Below the pieces are notes generated by a model that was not told the origin of the DNA, searched no databases, and saw only the letters and a list, made by a program, of their open reading frames with translations. From a virus (lineage: Duplodnaviria; Caudoviricetes), in IMG/VR virus record IMGVR_UViG_3300030450_003597, positions 1 to 52,299 of that record: a DNA stretch of 52,299 nt; one strand, given 5' to 3'. Both the position numbers and the translations under genes were made by a program. Below are positions 7,574 to 18,600 of this stretch, in pieces; the stretch's first letter is position 1, and each line of letters begins with the position of its first letter.

Positions 7574-9327
7574 AATACCTGGAGATAGCTAGAGCTACAC
7601 CTATCAATAGGGGTATTATGATACCAAAAGGGAAACTTATTAATTATATTAGTAAGGAACCTTTATATCGCTCTGTTTACTTATATGATGAAGAAGCTTT
7701 AGATTATGTAAGAAAAAATGGAACATTGAAGAATTACTTTGGTGTTAGATATATCGATAAAATACCTATAGATATTGATAAAGGTGATAATAGTGACGAA
7801 AGAACTCTAGACATCTTAAGAAGTGTTATTTTAGAGCTAGAGGAGGCGGACATCGAATGTGGGAGCTTTCAGTCTTACTTCTCTGGCTCTGGATACCATT
7901 TATTGCTATCAGGAGATTTATTTAACTTCAAACCTAGTAATGATTTACCCTTTATTGTTAAGCAAACATTAAAGAAATTAATACCTCATTTAGATTCAAG
8001 TATTTATATGAGAACTGGTATTTATAGAGTACAACATACTACTAATCAAAAAACTGGTTTATATAAAATACCTTTATATAGAGATGAGGTGATGAATTTA
8101 GATGCTAACGATATAATTGAAATGGCTAAAAATAATAGAAGCGATTTTAAATATCATAGCCTTTCAGGTAATGGAGAGCTAGAAAATTCTATAGTAGAAG
8201 ATATTCCTGATGTAAAAGTACTTGGTAAAGTATCAGAACCAAACAAAGTTGTACCTTGTATTCAATCTATGTTAAATAAAGGAGCGAATGAAGGAAGTAG
8301 GCATATTACAGCAATGAGAATAATAAGCTATTTTAAAAGAAATGGTTTACCTAGTCATTATGCTAAAGTATGCATGCTACATTGGAATGCTAAAAGCATG
8401 AATGAACAGCAAGTTATGGAGATGGTAGAGAATGTATATAATAGAAATTATCAATATGGATGTAAAGATTCAATTATGTCAGAACATTGTAAAACTCAAT
8501 GTATACATTTTAAAAGAAAAGACTATTTAGTAGATATAAAATCTTCAGATGAAATGCAAAGTGAATTACATGAAAGATTAACTACCGATTTTAGTGGAAA
8601 AACTATAGACCTAGGTAGGGCATTAGGAATAGAAAAAGAATCGGTTATATATCCAGGTGAGTTAGTAACTATATTTGGGCCAACAGGCTCTAATAAGACT
8701 ACTTTTGCTCAAAACTTAGCATTAGGAGTAGACTTTGTTAATGATAAAATTAATAAAAATTGGCAAATTCCTACATTATTTCTAAGCTTAGAGTTATCAT
8801 CATGGTATATGCATAGAAGGCATTTACAAATAGTATCAGGAAGAACTAAAGATGAAGTGAATAATAATTATTCAGGTCTTTATAATAGTAATAAAGATAA
8901 ACTAGAGCATGTCGTTGTTCAAACAATATCTCCTACTTTAGATAAAATATCTGAAAAAGTAAGAGAATTACAACCAGCTTTGGTAATTGTAGATTATATT
9001 GATTTAGTAGAAACTCCAATGTCGTATAGAGGAGAATACGAGAAAATCAAATATATATCTCATGGATTATCAAATATGGCAGTTAATAACGATATGATAG
9101 TAATACAAATATCGCAAGTAAGCAGAGAATATAGTCGAAATGAAGTGCTCGACCTATATGCAGGAAAAGGGTCTGGAGCAATAGAAAATGCGTCTAGAAA
9201 AGTAATTGGATTAAATGGTCAATCTGATTCCAAAACTAGAGCTGTTAAACTATTTAAAAACACAGATGGAGAGTTATTTGACACAGAAGTTGAATGGACT
9301 CCATCATTCAGATTAAGGAGGTTGTAA
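7570..9327 (+). CDS. Bifunctional AEP primase(-polymerase)/DnaB-like helicase
   Basis: AEP motifs IDID and FSGSGYH; Cys-rich PriL-like middle region; Walker A GPTGSNKT, VDYID, SQVSRE. Confidence 0.85.
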   Translation: MKYLEIARATPINRGIMIPKGKLINYISKEPLYRSVYLYDEEALDYVRKNGTLKNYFGVRYIDKIPIDIDKGDNSDERTLDILRSVILELEEADIECGSFQSYFSGSGYHLLLSGDLFNFKPSNDLPFIVKQTLKKLIPHLDSSIYMRTGIYRVQHTTNQKTGLYKIPLYRDEVMNLDANDIIEMAKNNRSDFKYHSLSGNGELENSIVEDIPDVKVLGKVSEPNKVVPCIQSMLNKGANEGSRHITAMRIISYFKRNGLPSHYAKVCMLHWNAKSMNEQQVMEMVENVYNRNYQYGCKDSIMSEHCKTQCIHFKRKDYLVDIKSSDEMQSELHERLTTDFSGKTIDLGRALGIEKESVIYPGELVTIFGPTGSNKTTFAQNLALGVDFVNDKINKNWQIPTLFLSLELSSWYMHRRHLQIVSGRTKDEVNNNYSGLYNSNKDKLEHVVVQTISPTLDKISEKVRELQPALVIVDYIDLVETPMSYRGEYEKIKYISHGLSNMAVNNDMIVIQISQVSREYSRNEVLDLYAGKGSGAIENASRKVIGLNGQSDSKTRAVKLFKNTDGELFDTEVEWTPSFRLRRL

Positions 9328-9542
9328 TGAAAGGTTGGTTCCTAAATATAGCTTTGCTTGAAGATAGATTTATTCTTATATTATTTAACTTATTAAAAAT
9401 AGGAATAATAAGAACTAACTCTGAAGGTTTTAATGGTATTAGTATAGTCTTAGGATTATATAAATTAGAACTTCAGATTAATCTATCATTGGTAAATGAT
9501 ATTAAAATAAAGTATAAAGATTATGAAGCAGGAAGAGCATAA
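9327..9542 (+). CDS. Hypothetical protein
   Basis: TAATG overlap with the helicase gene; AAGGAGG RBS. Confidence 0.6.
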   Translation: MKGWFLNIALLEDRFILILFNLLKIGIIRTNSEGFNGISIVLGLYKLELQINLSLVNDIKIKYKDYEAGRA

Positions 9543-10029
9543 AAAAAAGAAATACTACAGACCTAAAAGGGGACGAAAGTCCCCTAATAGGTTAACTGTA
9601 TGGGAAATGAAATTTAGCAAAAAACTTAAGAAAAATCATGGTACATTTGCTAAAAAGACTTTCCATAGATTGATGAAAAAGTCATCAACATTAAGGTCGA
9701 CATTAAAAAGAAGAAGTAGAGAATATGAAGTTGAATTTAATATATCTTTGGAAGAGGTTCGAGAATTATTATATAGAGTTTATGGCAAAAAATGTGGTTA
9801 TTGCGATTGTAAACTTCTTGTTAGTAATATGGCATGTGACCATATTATTCCTCTCAGCCTGGGCGGTAATTCTACTCCTGAAAATCTTCAAATGATTTGT
9901 GGGAGATGCAATACAAGAAAAGGGCCTTTAACAGATAGAAATTTTAGAAAAGTATTAAAATGGCTTGATAGACAAAATGGTGAATTAAAAAGATATGTTT
10001 TAAGGAAGTTATCAAGTAGAGATTTTTAA
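9523..10029 (+). CDS. HNH endonuclease
   Basis: CGYC...DHIIPLSLGG...NLQMICGRCNTRKG. Confidence 0.9.
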   Translation: MKQEEHKKKKYYRPKRGRKSPNRLTVWEMKFSKKLKKNHGTFAKKTFHRLMKKSSTLRSTLKRRSREYEVEFNISLEEVRELLYRVYGKKCGYCDCKLLVSNMACDHIIPLSLGGNSTPENLQMICGRCNTRKGPLTDRNFRKVLKWLDRQNGELKRYVLRKLSSRDF

Positions 10030-10035
10030 TAGCAA

Positions 10036-10223
10036 ATGAGAGCACGATGGTAGCTGGTGCACTGTAAAGAAAATAGCTAACGCGGTCAAAGAGAGTGAAT
10101 TTCAATTACTCATCATTGTTGGTTTACTCTCTAAGCTCTCATATAATTAGGGGTAAGTACGTGTTTTTTATAACTAATGTCAAGATTAAGTTTAGAAACG
10201 TAATGTCAATTATTACTTACCCC
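10036..10223 (+). ncRNA. Two tandem stem-closed structured units with an ATAATT linker
   Basis: ATGAGAGC (10036-10043)/GCTCTCAT (10135-10142) and GGGGTAAGTA (10150-10159)/TACTTACCCC (10214-10223). Confidence 0.55.
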
Positions 10224-10240
10224 GAAGAATTGGAGGAAAT

Positions 10241-10390
10241 ATGAAGAAAATGAGCGAAGAAAAAAAGAAAAGAATGTTAGACTGGATTAAAAAACATCCT
10301 CAAAAAAATAAAGGTAGAAATAAAAAACCAGCTATGACAAATTCATATGGAAATGTTTTATTTTCATATAAAAGTAGGAGAAAAAAATGA
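10241..10390 (+). CDS. Basic 49-aa peptide
   Basis: GGAGG RBS; Lys-rich; ATGA overlap with the next ORF. Confidence 0.65.
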   Translation: MKKMSEEKKKRMLDWIKKHPQKNKGRNKKPAMTNSYGNVLFSYKSRRKK

Positions 10391-10581
10391 AAACTAAGTA
10401 TAGAACATACTTTAAATGGAAGTTTCATCCTAAGTATAATATTGAAATAAGATGTACTAAGGAAAACTATGTTTTTATGTATTGTAATAAATCTGTAAAA
10501 GATTTTGATAGGAAAGCTAAAAGAATTTATAGCAAAACTATTAGAAATCTAATAAAAAGAGTATCTAATGCCATCTCCTGA
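10387..10581 (+). CDS. Hypothetical basic protein
   Basis: ORF in a coupled gene run. Confidence 0.6.
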   Translation: MKTKYRTYFKWKFHPKYNIEIRCTKENYVFMYCNKSVKDFDRKAKRIYSKTIRNLIKRVSNAIS

Positions 10582-10789
10582 TTTTTGCTTAGAATGTGAT
10601 AAACCAAGTAAAATATTAGATTGGCGGTATTTATGCAATGAATGTGCAGAAAAGGAGGATGAATATGAGTTCGAAAAAGAAATGTACATTTGTAAAAATG
10701 GGAACAAAGAAACATCAATTAAAGGGAAAAAGAACAACTTCAAAATCATTGGAGAAAATAACAAAAGACAAAAAAAGGAGACTGAATGA
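10568..10789 (+). CDS. Small Zn-finger-like protein
   Basis: CLEC...CNEC. Confidence 0.55.
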   Translation: MPSPDFCLECDKPSKILDWRYLCNECAEKEDEYEFEKEMYICKNGNKETSIKGKKNNFKIIGENNKRQKKETE

Positions 10790-11211
10790 GTGGCAGAAAT
10801 GGTGGAGTTAATAATTTTACTGAAAAGTGGAATAAAGACTATACATCTAAATTTGATATTGATTTAAAGTTTGGTGAAGAGTTTGAATATAGTTTAGCTA
10901 GAATACTATCTATAGGCAAAGTAGAAGTAAAAACCGAACGAGACCAATGGAAAAAAACAGGGAACATAGCTATAGAGCTAATGAACGAAGGCAATAAAAG
11001 TGGTTTAGCTACAACAGAAGCTGAATGGTGGGCTCAAATACTCACTTTAAAGGGGAAAATTCAAAGTGTAGTACTTCTCCCCGTAAAAGTCCTAAAAAGA
11101 CGATTAAAACGCCTTGTAGTTGAAAATAAAGCTAAGATAGTAATGGGAGGTGATAACAATTCAAGTGAATTAGTATTAGTTCCTATCAAGGAAATACATG
11201 GTAGCTTTTAA
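10786..11211 (+). CDS. PD-(D/E)xK nuclease-fold protein
   Basis: FDIDLKFGE...VEVKTER...TGNIAIE. Confidence 0.7.
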   Translation: MSGRNGGVNNFTEKWNKDYTSKFDIDLKFGEEFEYSLARILSIGKVEVKTERDQWKKTGNIAIELMNEGNKSGLATTEAEWWAQILTLKGKIQSVVLLPVKVLKRRLKRLVVENKAKIVMGGDNNSSELVLVPIKEIHGSF

Positions 11212-11413
11212 AAGAAATAAAAAATACTGTTCCGTGTTAACAGAGCTTAAAGAAGGTTATTGGGTAGATAGTTGCCCCTTATTCGTGTGCGGAGATAAGG
11301 GGCTCTTCCCAGTCTTTAAGACAGGAGGGCCAACAGGAAGGTTTCCTAAAAACCATCAGGAGTTAATCCTGAAGAATATAGGAGGCAAAGATGAACTTGA
11401 AAACAGAATATGA
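11198..11413 (+). CDS. Hypothetical protein
   Basis: ORF in a coupled gene run. Confidence 0.5.
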   Translation: MVAFKRNKKYCSVLTELKEGYWVDSCPLFVCGDKGLFPVFKTGGPTGRFPKNHQELILKNIGGKDELENRI

Positions 11414-11528
11414 TAAAAGGAGGCATCTTCAGAAGCAGTTAGATTTAGCTTTAGAAGAAATAGCATTTTTAAGAAGGGAGTTAGAGCTATGTCTAGAAAA
11501 GACTATGAAGCAATCTCAAAAATCATAG
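11391..11528 (+). CDS. Small coiled-coil protein (45 aa)
   Basis: AGGAGG RBS; fills a gap in the ORF track. Confidence 0.5.
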   Translation: MNLKTEYDKRRHLQKQLDLALEEIAFLRRELELCLEKTMKQSQKS

Positions 11529-11788
11529 AAGAGGTAGTTGGTAAAGACACATTAACTGGTGTTAAGCTTTTAGAAGGAATAAAGTTCTATATCGATAATA
11601 GAGTTGAAGAGATTAAAATCATAAGGGATGATAATACGATAAGAACTACAAAAAGCGATATAGTATCAGCATATAAAAAAGAAGCAGATAATGCTATGAA
11701 AAGATATACTGAGAAGCTAATAAAAGAGAATGAAAAATACAAAAAAAGAAAAAAGCCAGTCAAAGAGACTTGTTCAGTTACTGGCTGA
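11489..11788 (+). CDS. Hypothetical protein (MSRKDY N-terminus)
   Basis: ORF with GGAG RBS. Confidence 0.65.
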   Translation: MSRKDYEAISKIIEEVVGKDTLTGVKLLEGIKFYIDNRVEEIKIIRDDNTIRTTKSDIVSAYKKEADNAMKRYTEKLIKENEKYKKRKKPVKETCSVTG

Positions 11789-12005
11789 GAATAAATACTC
11801 TAAGTGCACAGTTTGTGGAACTACTAAAATGCAGGCGATATATAGGTTTAGACATCAACAATTTGTTCCAAGGTATGAACCTCCAATATTAGAACCTGTA
11901 TGTAGAAAGTGCGTTTATAAAGAATGTTTTGGAACAAAGAACTATAAAAAAGAAATGAAGGAAAGGAGCCTAGATGGCAAAGTTCAAAAAGAAACCTACT
12001 ATTAA
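11730..12005 (+). CDS. Zn-finger-like hypothetical protein
   Basis: CTVC...CRKC. Confidence 0.6.
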   Translation: MKNTKKEKSQSKRLVQLLAENKYSKCTVCGTTKMQAIYRFRHQQFVPRYEPPILEPVCRKCVYKECFGTKNYKKEMKERSLDGKVQKETYY

Positions 12006-12282
12006 AGAGGTATCTGAGTTACTAATACAAGTTAACAAAAAAGTTGACGATTTGTTTCATATAGTTAGAGATTTAGACAATTTATTTGGTTTATATGTAA
12101 GAATGAATAAAGATGTTGATAATTTCAATAAGTATGTAGAAGCAAAAGTTGAAGAAGTAAGAAAGAAAAGGGAGAAAGCGAATGACTCAAAAGAAAATGG
12201 AAATCCTGATACAGAAAATATTCAAGCAGATACAGTTAATGAGGGAAGCAGGGCAGAAGGAGTACGCGAGAAAGCAGAATAA
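11974..12282 (+). CDS. Hypothetical coiled-coil protein
   Basis: AAGGAG RBS. Confidence 0.65.
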   Translation: MAKFKKKPTIKEVSELLIQVNKKVDDLFHIVRDLDNLFGLYVRMNKDVDNFNKYVEAKVEEVRKKREKANDSKENGNPDTENIQADTVNEGSRAEGVREKAE

Positions 12283-12502
12283 TGCATTTGCTAATTTTGA
12301 AAGAGTATCAGAACATATTGAGTCTTCAAGAGAAAAAGTCTTAATGGTTTATTTATTAAAACATATAGACGGAATTTCTTCTTTTGTCAACGGACATAAA
12401 TCACAACGAGAAGATGTCAGAGGTCGTATCACAGATGCAATAGTATATCTTTGTTTATTATGGGGTATGATTGAAGATACAGAAAACAAGAGAAGAATAT
12501 GA
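12182..12502 (+). CDS. All-alpha nucleotide pyrophosphohydrolase-like protein (DUF1599/Nmad1-like)
   Basis: EYA...AFANF...LLKHIDGI...GRITDAIVYLCLL pattern. Confidence 0.6.
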   Translation: MTQKKMEILIQKIFKQIQLMREAGQKEYARKQNNAFANFERVSEHIESSREKVLMVYLLKHIDGISSFVNGHKSQREDVRGRITDAIVYLCLLWGMIEDTENKRRI

Positions 12503-12687
12503 TTAAATGCTCAAAATGTAAAGAGTTAATAGGGCCATCAGCGCCTTGTTATAAAGCATCAAGGGGTTTTATGGATAGTGATGGAGTGTTCTATGAAGAT
12601 GAAACTATAGTTTTACACATGGAATGCTATTATCATTATACATTTGACCCTTTTGATGAAATAGAAAAAAATATAAAGAATAGTTAA
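12499..12687 (+). CDS. Small Zn-binding protein
   Basis: CSKC...HMEC. Last gene of the + arm; converges on the RNAP gene. Confidence 0.6.
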   Translation: MIKCSKCKELIGPSAPCYKASRGFMDSDGVFYEDETIVLHMECYYHYTFDPFDEIEKNIKNS

Positions 12688-15600
12688 TATAAAGACATGC
12701 CAGGAGTAGGAGGAGTATAATCAGATTCTCTTATTCTTTTTGCTTCTCTAGCCATTCCAGTTAATGGAAATCCAACTACTTTCTCAGGGAGCCTTAATGG
12801 GTTATTTAATAATCCAGTTTCAGGATGAGCAACATCCCTTATCATTCTACCAAATGGGAACATAGTCCACATATAATAATCAGATAATTTAGTATAATCA
12901 TCTTCAGCAAATTCTCTTATTACAGAGATAGGAAATCTTGCTATAGGAGGAGTAATCATTTGAAGAGGGGCTACAGCTCTAGGATAAGTACCAAAGAAAG
13001 CTCTATCTCTTTCTTTTTCATCACCAAATAGCCATTCTGATGTATCCTGTAACCAATTCCAAGGGGCAGGGAGTACTTGTTCAAATAATGAGTACATGAA
13101 AACTGAAGATAAAGCAAGAACAAATAAATCAGTAGTCATAGTTCTTTCAAATCTTTTCATAGCTTCAGTTCCTGGAGTATATCCATATAAACGAGCTTGT
13201 TTTCTTATATCATTTCTAAATCTAACAGCATTCCAAGACCATAATTGGAATCTTGACATAATTTTACCTAAACCAGAACGAGCAAATGCTGGTCTAAATG
13301 GAGCATTATATAAGAATTGTGTAGCTTTGACACCTTTTTTAGCTATTTCTATAAGATAAGGATGATTTGGGTCTTGTATAGAACCTCCAAATCTTTCCCA
13401 TGCTTTAATATAATGAGCCATAAAAGAATCTCTTCTTAACATTCTTTCAGGTATAGTCATAAATGCAGCAGCTTTTTTCATAACAGCATCTGTAATACCA
13501 TATTTTTTAGAAAGTGCAGTAAAATCTATATCTTTTACTTTTGCATCACTTTTTGATATTTCTATAAGTTCATTTGCAAAAGCTTTACCTTTACCTTCTC
13601 TAAATTCTTTATGTAATCCAAATTCATGTTGTAAAAATTCAGGCTGTATTCCTAAATCAGCTACAAAATCATTAATAGCTTCTTTGTTTTTCCATTTAGG
13701 ATTAATAGTTTGTAAAAAAGAAATATCTCTTGCTTTTCTTAAAGGCTCATAACCTACTGATTGAAATGTATGCATAGTACCACCAAATACATTATTAATC
13801 ATAGTTTTAGGATGAGTCATTAAAGTAGCTAATTGATATTTACCTTCAGTATTAGCAAGACTTCTTATATTATATGCATCTAATCCACCTATAATAATAT
13901 CTTTATCTTGCTTTTTAGTTATATCAATTTCTTTTATTGGGTCTTTGATTAAACCTAATTTTTCACCAATTTTATTTAGTTTTTTAGCAACAAGATTGTC
14001 AGCAAACCAACTATAAGGAGTGCCTTTTAATTTTAAATTAGGATTATCTAATTCAGCTTGAGATAACATTACTGGATTACCCATAGCTTCACTAGCATAC
14101 TTTTTCCAAAAAGTAACCCAGCCTTTAACCATTTCTCTAGCTTCTTTTTTATCCTTTTGAGATGCAGGTGTAACCCATTTTTTATTCATATGTTCCCTCA
14201 TATTATGAAGAGTATATCTAGATACTAAATTCCCCATTTGTCTAAAATAAGTATTTGTTAAGTTTCTAATATAAACTTCAACAGAGGTAGGGTCAACCAT
14301 CCATCCACCCATATGATTATCTCTTGCAAACATATTACCAAATCTCATATTTACAGAAGGAAGTTTAGTAGTTTCTTGTTTGCTTAATTCTTTCTTTTCA
14401 AGTTTAGTTAAAGTTTCTTTAAATAAATCAGCATCTAATTTATTCCACATTTTATAGTCAGCAAAATCCCAATCTCCAATTCTTGTTTTATATTGAGTAA
14501 TAAGTTTTTGAATTTTAGCTTGCTTTTCTTGTTTAGTAAGCGTTTTATCGCTTAATAACATATCTTTTTCATTCTTTAAAGATTGCTTTAATTTCTTTTT
14601 ACTATGAAAATAATGAGGGAAATAACCTTTTCTATATCCTGTGCTATTTATAACTAAGTCCTCATATTCCCTAGCTTTAGCTTCCTTGTCAGGTCTCCAT
14701 TTTGCTTGTTCAAGTTTGGATAATTTCCAATAATCTTCAGTGTTAATCTTTTTAACTTCACCTTTAACAAATCTAGTATATTCAGTAGGAGGAAGTAAAT
14801 CTATAAACATAGAACGAGTCATATGTCTCATTCCATCAACACCTATACCTAAAAATTCATCAACTTTTTTATCTTTAGATGATAATAATTGCCCTTTTTT
14901 ATAAGCTATATCTAAATCATTAATAAAGGATTTATAGTCTAAAATAGGCTGAGTTTGTTTATCAGGGTCATACCAGCCTGTTCTATATTTAGATAAAGCC
15001 CCAGGTCTACCTCTTATAATACTGTGATAATTCTCCATTAAACCTTCTAATTTATTCATTGTATAATCTATTAATTCGTGACCATTATACTTTTTTCTAA
15101 CCCCATCTAACTCAACAACATAGTTTTTATTTCTAATTTTAAAATAATTGTTATTCTTTTGAGAATCTTTCCAATTTTGTTCATATATCTTTTCACCAGA
15201 ATCATGGAATTGTTTTAACTCACTTTTTCTAACAGCAAGACGCCACATAGCATCGCCATCTTTAGTTTGGTTTAAATATTTAAATGAATCTTGAAAACTT
15301 CTTATCAATTCTTCAGATTTACCATAAGATAAATCATGAGTTCTACTTATCCAATTCTGTAATACTTCTCCATAATAAGTAGGTCTATACATTTTACCTA
15401 TTTTTGCAATACCATCTTTTGTTTGAAAATATCCTTCTGAAGGAAGGAATTTCATATCATTAGATAACATCTCAGCATCTATTTGTTTAGGGAATAAAAG
15501 ATGATGCCTTCTTTTTAATCCAGCTTTTTTCAAATTATCTAAATGTTTTTCCATTTGTTGAAACATATTACCGCTTCTTACAAATTTGAAATAATTATTT

Positions 15601-18600
15601 ATCAACTTATAATCTTTAATATTCATTTGATTTAAAGTTTTAGGAGGAACATCTGAAAAAGGTTCATGCATAGTACTATAAATACCAGATAATAATTGAC
15701 TTATATCTTTTCCTTTAGCATCAGAATAGAATTTTAAATTCTCAAATAGTTCCTTAACAATCTTCTTATTTTCAGGAGTAGCTTCAACATTGCCTTTCTT
15801 AATACCTTGATATGCATCAATATCATTTGTAATATTTGCTGCTAATCTTATATCTCTTTTATTTATAAGCGGGTCAATTTCTTTTTCGAAAGATTCTATA
15901 TCTACCTCTTTATAAGGCTCCATAGATTTAAGATAATATTTATTTTTAGTTTTAAAGAAGTTCATTATATTCTTAGAACTAACAACTTTAGAATCGAATG
16001 CAGCTTTAGTAGTATTTGTTTTAGCTCCTTGTTTATATAAATCAGTTAAAGTTATCTTTTCTAATTTATCTTTATTAGGCATTTTCATATACTTATCAAT
16101 AGATTTCTGCATTTCAGGACTTCTTAAAGAGCCAATATACAGATTATCAAATACATCTCTTGCTGACTCCGAAGGTAAGGATTCCTTGTATTTTAATATT
16201 AAATTATCTAAAGTAGCATTGTCAACTAATTTTGTTCTTCTCTCTAATCCTTTAAGATTAATAGGACTTTTCAAATTTAAAGCTTCATGTAAAGATTTTA
16301 TATCTTTCAATCTATTTACTTCTTGAGTTGACTCAGATGGAACAAATTCCCCTCTATTGCTTCTCATTTTATGTTGATAAGCATTAATACTTTTAAATTC
16401 TTCTACTTTAGCTCTTATTTGAGCCATTAATTCATTAGTTAGACCTTCACCTTTTTCATAACTTTTTTCATAAATATCAACTATTCTATCAAGAGTAGTC
16501 ATATTATGAAAAGCATTAGATAGATAATCTTGAGAATCACTTAATAATTTCCTAAGATAGCCTTCTACTTCTACTTCATTTAGAGGGTCTTTGATATTAT
16601 GTCTTATCTTACTAATACCCAATTCTTTAATTAAAGATTTACCATCCTTAGACCAAGATTTAATATTTTCTTCAATAAATAAATCATTTTTAAGTATGAA
16701 GTCAACTTGTTTACTAGGTTCTTCTACTAATTTTGTTCTACCTAATAATTGTTTATAGAAATCTAATTTCTTAGCATATACTTCATGTTTGTTATATAGT
16801 TTTTTATAAGCATTAAAATCAATTCTTTTAAATAAAGATATATCCATATCTACGTTTCTAAGAGTATTGGCAAATTTCATAGTACTAGTTGTCATTTCAT
16901 TACTATCATAATTGTTTATTCTTTTGCCCATCATTTTTTTCTCAAATGGAGTATAACCTCTATTTAAATCCCAATTTCTACTAAAATAAGCAGCATTAAA
17001 ATTCCTAATATCATTATATCTTTGATGATTTTGAGTTTTTCCTTCAATTCCATAAGTTGGAATCTTTGATAAATTAATCCATTTTTTAGTTTTTTCATTA
17101 TATTTTTGAGGAGTAATTTTAAAATAAGCTTCTCTTAATAATGATTGCATCTTAGGAAATTCTATTAATCCAGTTTCATTTGCTGGGTCAGCTGTGAAAT
17201 TAACTAAAGCTTTACTTAAATCTCTTTGTTCAGCACTAGCTTCTTTAGGTTCTAATATAGTCCTATATTTTACCCCATCTTTAAAGATTCCTTTTTCAAA
17301 TACATCAAACTTATTATTACTATGCTTTAAAGAGCTCCATGCAGCTCTCATATGAGATGTCATCCCGACTACTGGTCCCATTTTACCTCTACTCCTGGCA
17401 TGTTCTTGTCCAACAAACATTCGTACAGCAGGAGAGAATCTAGCTAATGGGTTTTTATTTACTTGGTCTAAGAAATCAGGATTTAAACCCCTATCTTTTA
17501 CATCTTTTCTTGATATAACAATTTTATCTCTATATTGAGTTTTAGCATCTTTTATATTAGTCTTATCTTTGGTATAAAATTCTTCTTTTTGTGCTTTATA
17601 CATATCTTTCCAGCTTTTTTTCATACCTTCGCCAGTACCATCAGCATGCCTTCCTCCAAAATATATAAAAGATTCATCTCCATCAAGGTCAGCTCCACCT
17701 TGAGCCTCCATAGACCTTCCGTGAGATAATACTCCATGGTCTTTAATACCAGTAAATCCAGCAAATCTTTTAACTTGAGCTCCTGAAGGTGAATCCTGAG
17801 GTACTCTTACATTGATTGCTTCAAATATATCATCAAACTCTTGTTTGTATTTCTTAAATTCAGGCATATTTTTAACAGACCACAATTTGCCTAATGTAGT
17901 TTTTTCTAATCTAGGAATATTAGTATACATAGGAGTATCTTTATATAAGTCTCCAAGATAGAATATATCATCTTTTTTGTTTAACTCAGGAAACTTTTCC
18001 TGTAAAGATTTATCATAAGGTCTCATCCTGGCTACAATAGCATTTTTCATCTTAGGTCTTAAAACTCTTTCAGCTACAAATCTATCAATAGAAGTATGCA
18101 CATAATCTTTAGTATATTTATCAAAAAACATTGGATAAGCATCTTCCATTTTAGATAAATGCTTAATAATATTATCAGCTGTAGAGTAAAAATCAACTAA
18201 ATTCCTACTTTGTTCTTCAGCTTGAGTTCCAGAGTTTTCGCCTTCATTTCTAGACATTTCTAGAGATTCTTTATTTGTTTTAAGTATCTTTAAAAGCATT
18301 TCTTGAGCTAATTTTTCCGAACCAGGACTTTTCAATACTTTCTCTACAGATTTAATACCAACATCATCAAAGTTTTCTATAATGTCTTTTAATATTTTAT
18401 CAGAAGGTTTTTCTAAATAAGAATCAACTAACTTATTATATTCAGTCTTCCCATCAAACGACCTTTGTGCTATTTCATTATAAAGATTATCGATAGTCTC
18501 TTGGCTAACCTTAGAGTACATATCAGGATGAAGGTTAGTAAGCATTTGTTTTACAAATGTAATGCCTATAGGTTTACCAGCTTCATTTTTACCAAGCATT

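Noticed and set aside
9523-10029. HNH as an intron-encoded or mobile homing element
   Set aside because: It is free-standing, the flanking genes are not interrupted, and no group I intron core was recognised.
183-10764. - strand ORFs in the early arm (e.g. 183, 738, 1288, 4057, 6829, 10549)
   Set aside because: Antisense to coupled + strand genes; their hydrophobic composition is an artefact of A-rich sense DNA.
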